From sequence record MW460245.1: a stretch of DNA of 64,000 bases; one strand, written 5' to 3'. The translations under genes and the position numbers were made by a program. Shown piece by piece: positions 60,596 through 64,000 of this stretch; position 1 is the stretch's first letter, and the number at the start of each line of letters is the position of its first letter. The notes under the pieces are model-generated. The model was not told the origin of the DNA, ran no database searches, and was given only the letters and a program-made list of their open reading frames with translations.

Positions 60596-61105
60596 ATGCA
60601 CTCTATTCATCCATACCTCACTCCCGTAATCTCAGAAGCAAGCGAGAAGCAACGCCGGTACGATCAGCTCTACATGGACATCGCTCTCCGCTGCTCTGAC
60701 GAATCAGTAGACAAACGCCGCCGCGTCGGTGCAGTTGTTGTCAAAGACAATAGCATCGTGGCCTGGGGCTTCAACGGCACACCTGCCAACACACCCAATG
60801 AATGTGAACAGTACGCCCTTTCGCGCCTTAATCCTTGCAACCCTGATAGCACTCTGTGGTTCAAAGGTAATAGCAAGCCAACCGTGCTTCACGCAGAGAA
60901 GAACGCTCTGCTCAAGCTGGCCCGCTCATCTTATTCTGCTGTAGGCACGACGCTCTATTGTACCGACTGCTGCTGTCTTGCCTGCGCCCTAGATTGGGCA
61001 GCGGCAGGAGCCAAGGAGCTTGTGTACCAATACCCGTATCGCCTTGAGGACGGTCTCGACCATCTCCGACAGCAAGGCGTAACAGTTCGTTTCCTCGGAG
61101 GTTAA
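60596..61105 (+). CDS. dCMP/cytidine deaminase family protein
   Basis: VGAVVV, GFNGTP, HAEKNAL, LYCT..CC..C Zn ligands; start could be 60569. Confidence 0.9.
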   Translation: MHSIHPYLTPVISEASEKQRRYDQLYMDIALRCSDESVDKRRRVGAVVVKDNSIVAWGFNGTPANTPNECEQYALSRLNPCNPDSTLWFKGNSKPTVLHAEKNALLKLARSSYSAVGTTLYCTDCCCLACALDWAAAGAKELVYQYPYRLEDGLDHLRQQGVTVRFLGG

Positions 61106-61106
61106 C

Positions 61107-61700
61107 ATGGCTCATGAAGAAACTGCAACTCAGCTTATTCCAAAACTTGATGATACGCTCCACCAGTTTGTCATCAAGAAGCTGAAAGAGAAAATCAAGA
61201 AAGATCCGACACCATGGTCTACCTGGCGTAGCTCTCACATCTATTGGTTCGGTGATACCAGTACTGGCTATTACTGTCTCGAACATGAAGGTGACATCCT
61301 GTATTTCGTGCGGTACAAAGCCATTAAGGCAAATAAAATGCGCTTCGGTCGGCAGATTCTTGTGTGGCGGAACCGAACCTTAAAGGGTTCAGAAAGCGCA
61401 GGCTTTGCTAAGGAGATTTTCTTTAACGTGCTTCTGCCGAAGTTTAAGGCGCTCATTGCCGATCAGGAGCAAACACAGGATGGTATGGCATTCTGGCAGC
61501 ACGCCCTTTCTGAGGCCATTAACCAATCTTACCGATTCCATTCGTACTTCCTTGATCGTCGCGCTACTCCTAACGTACTGCACGAGATTCAGTCCTACGC
61601 GGACGTTTTGAAGTATGACAAGGAACTATGGGGTACCTCTGAGGGTCATCGTCGAACCTTCGCTGTTATCTCAACAGTGCCTTTGGAAATTAAGGCCTAA
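61107..61700 (+). CDS. hypothetical protein, possible GNAT-like fold
   Basis: GGAGG RBS; GFAKEIF...LIADQEQTQDG..FW pattern; more AT-rich codons. Confidence 0.7.
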   Translation: MAHEETATQLIPKLDDTLHQFVIKKLKEKIKKDPTPWSTWRSSHIYWFGDTSTGYYCLEHEGDILYFVRYKAIKANKMRFGRQILVWRNRTLKGSESAGFAKEIFFNVLLPKFKALIADQEQTQDGMAFWQHALSEAINQSYRFHSYFLDRRATPNVLHEIQSYADVLKYDKELWGTSEGHRRTFAVISTVPLEIKA

Positions 61701-61718
61701 CCTTAGGAGCACCCCCTC

Positions 61719-62003
61719 ATGTATCAGATTGACCCTCGACCGATGAAGCCGCACGATGTCGTCATTCAGCACGGCCTCCAACTTCTCTTGGAGCGGTTCG
61801 CCAAAATACCGGAAGGTATGTCGCGTGATGTCTACGGCAGTTCGGTGGTAGTCTATAACAAGAAGAGGACTATCAACGTCAAGGTGCAAGCCGATGGGCA
61901 CCTATTCGTGGATCGCAAGGTCAAAGGTCAATGGAAATCGCATAAAGAGAAGTGCGATTCGGTAGATGAGGCGTGTGACAAGGCATTCGAGTTCCTGAAT
62001 TGA
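61719..62003 (+). CDS. hypothetical phage protein
   Basis: AGGAG RBS. Confidence 0.75.
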   Translation: MYQIDPRPMKPHDVVIQHGLQLLLERFAKIPEGMSRDVYGSSVVVYNKKRTINVKVQADGHLFVDRKVKGQWKSHKEKCDSVDEACDKAFEFLN

Positions 62004-62009
62004 CTGACA

Positions 62010-62034
62010 GCCGCCTACGGGCGGTTTCTCCTTT
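62010..62034 (+). terminator. rho-independent terminator
   Basis: GCCGCC-TACG-GGCGGT-TTCTCCTTTT. Confidence 0.65.
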
Positions 62035-62098
62035 TGTGGTGATGCTTTGACTGACCGAAGTCGAATTTCACATTAAGAGATTATCACTGGAGCCTCTT

Positions 62099-63328
62099 AT
62101 GCCAGTACGTAACCGTAGTAACAACCGGCTCTTGCCTGCGAACGCCCGAGCGACGGATGTAGCAGAGCGTGCGATCCAAGAGATCCTGCCGGTCCAACAG
62201 ATGCGGTACCACAATGCATTCCGAGTGCAAGGCATCGAGTGCGTGATGTACAGTCGTATGCGGCAAGGACATCCCTGCTCGTGCCAATCGAGCGGTAAGC
62301 ATGTCAACGCACGCCTCAATAAAGAAGGGAAGGCTAGTCTAGGCACCATCAACGAGATGCTGACGGATTCCCTGGAATTCTCCATCACGAACTATGGTCA
62401 ATCAACCGAGCGACGGATGTTCGGTGTCGATACTGGTCAAACCTCCCCGTTCGCGCCTGTGAACAAAAACCAGGGCGTGTTCGATGTCATCGGTAACGAA
62501 GGTATGGCTCAGTCCAGGACTTCCGACGAGAAGGACTTTGCAGACAACGGCCCTTTCGATCCGACTACGCTAGATGATCTGGTAGGCGAGTTCGATTCCT
62601 TCCGTGCAGGCTTCGGCGATGCAAGCTGCCCGATATGCTTCGGGACCGGCTACATCGGCGGGTACCAAGTGTACCAAGGTCATCGCACTGTCTACGGTGT
62701 GGACGATGTCGTGCTGCCTGCAACGGCTTCCATCGACATGACGGCTCGGCCGTTTAAGGCGCTAACGTCAGGCTTCAAGGTTCGAACCGTGTTGCCTAGG
62801 GGCGCTCTCACCCTCGATGTATTCCGGGTCATGAACGGCAACAAGATCGTGCCGACGCGTTTCTCCATCGATGGTGTCATATTGAAAAACCCTCTGCAGG
62901 TGTTGAAGCTCTGCGATGGTCTACCGCACATCATCGAGGCCGTATTCGACGCAGAGTTCACACACTTCGAGTTCCAGGCAAACGTGTCGAAGGAGTCTAC
63001 CTACTTCGAATTCCCGCGCCTGAGCAGTTCATCGGATACCGCAGTGCTGGATCAGACGAACCCCTTCCAGATCATTATGAGTCCGCTGGTACCGTCAGTG
63101 CTGCCTCTCGACATCATCCAAGAATCGATGCGCGGTAAAATGCTCATCGTGATGAACGTCAACGACTGGAACACCAGAAGTCGTAACGTGCTTGGATGGG
63201 AATGTGAGGTGCGGGTACTCCAACCGATGGAACTCCAGCAACTCCTGCCTCGACGCAAACCTCAACTCTATACCAATCAAACCACGACGATGGTTCGTGA
63301 CAACGTTAGGGGCCCGCGCCGGGCTTAA
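62099..63328 (+). CDS. probable virion structural (head-completion/neck-type) protein
   Basis: GHPCSC and CPICFGTGYIGGY motifs of the kind seen in large-myovirus structural genes. Confidence 0.6.
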   Translation: MPVRNRSNNRLLPANARATDVAERAIQEILPVQQMRYHNAFRVQGIECVMYSRMRQGHPCSCQSSGKHVNARLNKEGKASLGTINEMLTDSLEFSITNYGQSTERRMFGVDTGQTSPFAPVNKNQGVFDVIGNEGMAQSRTSDEKDFADNGPFDPTTLDDLVGEFDSFRAGFGDASCPICFGTGYIGGYQVYQGHRTVYGVDDVVLPATASIDMTARPFKALTSGFKVRTVLPRGALTLDVFRVMNGNKIVPTRFSIDGVILKNPLQVLKLCDGLPHIIEAVFDAEFTHFEFQANVSKESTYFEFPRLSSSSDTAVLDQTNPFQIIMSPLVPSVLPLDIIQESMRGKMLIVMNVNDWNTRSRNVLGWECEVRVLQPMELQQLLPRRKPQLYTNQTTTMVRDNVRGPRRA

Positions 63329-63338
63329 AGGACAAGAC

Positions 63339-64000
63339 ATGAAAGCAGATAGCGCAGCACTTGAGCTTCCGAAGTTCCGTTACGTGGACGACGTGGCTCG
63401 ATTCGTGAACCGCATTCAGGCAGATACACGCGACCTCAGCCAGGTCGCAACGCTCCAGCAGAAGCAGCTGGCGAAGCTGAAAACTCCGAAGCAAGCCGCT
63501 CTAGCCTCGCTGGCGAAGGCATCGCTGGCTCTGAAAAAGAAAGCACCTCAGCCCAAGATCACTGCTGCCTCGCTGGCAAAGCTAGACAGTCAGTACAGCA
63601 TCTCTGAGGACCTGTACCGCAAGTACCGTGCTGTGGAGATGGCGGAGGCTCAGCTGGCCGCCCAGTTCCCTGATCGCGGCCGCTCCTATGCAGCAGTCAT
63701 GGGTTCGATCCACGCCCTGAAGACGGACGTCTCGACGCTCATGCGCCAGACCCTAGGCTTCCTGAATGAAGTGGCCGAGGCTCACGCCCCTGCTGACTTC
63801 CAGAAGTTCACGGCATCGGTGATGGACAACGTCGGCAAGCGCATGAAGTACGAAGGGGCCGATAACTTCCTGTATATCAGCGCCTCACCTGAAGGCGCAC
63901 CAGTGTTCACGGCATATCGCATGTTCGCGAATGCTTGCAACACGCAGGGCAATGCTGCACCACACCTCTATGTGAGCGCGCAGTGGACTGTTGGTGCTGC
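63339..64000 (+). CDS. hypothetical protein, runs off the window end (not in ORF track)
   Basis: AAAGGA RBS; frame open MKADSAALELPKFRY... to the last base. Confidence 0.75.
   Translation, partial: MKADSAALELPKFRYVDDVARFVNRIQADTRDLSQVATLQQKQLAKLKTPKQAALASLAKASLALKKKAPQPKITAASLAKLDSQYSISEDLYRKYRAVEMAEAQLAAQFPDRGRSYAAVMGSIHALKTDVSTLMRQTLGFLNEVAEAHAPADFQKFTASVMDNVGKRMKYEGADNFLYISASPEGAPVFTAYRMFANACNTQGNAAPHLYVSAQWTVGA

Noticed and set aside
31724-63711. GGTTCGATCC T-loop-like strings at 31724, 56128 and 63702
   Set aside because: All lie inside protein-coding frames with no cloverleaf context; not tRNAs.

Overview
This window is a segment of a large lytic dsDNA tailed-phage (jumbo-myovirus-type) genome, not bacterial chromosome. 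It holds about 125 tightly packed, often overlapping ORFs, essentially all on the + strand. Positions 1-52.3 kb are mostly small accessory or early genes in short transcription units. Many start at sigma70-like extended -10 promoters flanked by a repeated palindrome TGTTG-N8-CAACA and followed by a conserved AAGAAAGG leader. Recognisable genes include a J-domain protein, an L7/L12-like protein, a lipoprotein, a TM2 protein, a 1261-aa YadA-type trimeric autotransporter, two GNATs, two Nudix hydrolases, an NAD-dependent DNA ligase, a MoxR AAA+/VWA pair, a candidate ADP-ribosyltransferase, a histone-H1-like protein, a ParB-N protein, TraR/DksA, an acyl carrier protein fusion, a PC4-like protein and a MazG-like protein. 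There is also a decaying insert made of a tail-fibre start, a porin fragment and a secreted lipase. From 52.4 kb the genes are larger: type IB topoisomerase, a free-standing GIY-YIG homing endonuclease, a SprT protease, a set of proteins sharing an MKIxAAxRLxA N-terminus, a dCMP deaminase and probable virion proteins. A (A/T)GTAAATA motif at several gene junctions looks like a T4-type late promoter. The host-derived genes look betaproteobacterial (Burkholderia/Ralstonia-like). Gene content recalls Ralstonia phage RSL1-like jumbo phages, but both points are inference from memory, not from a search. No tRNA, rRNA or CRISPR array was found. All functional calls come from motif recognition by eye.
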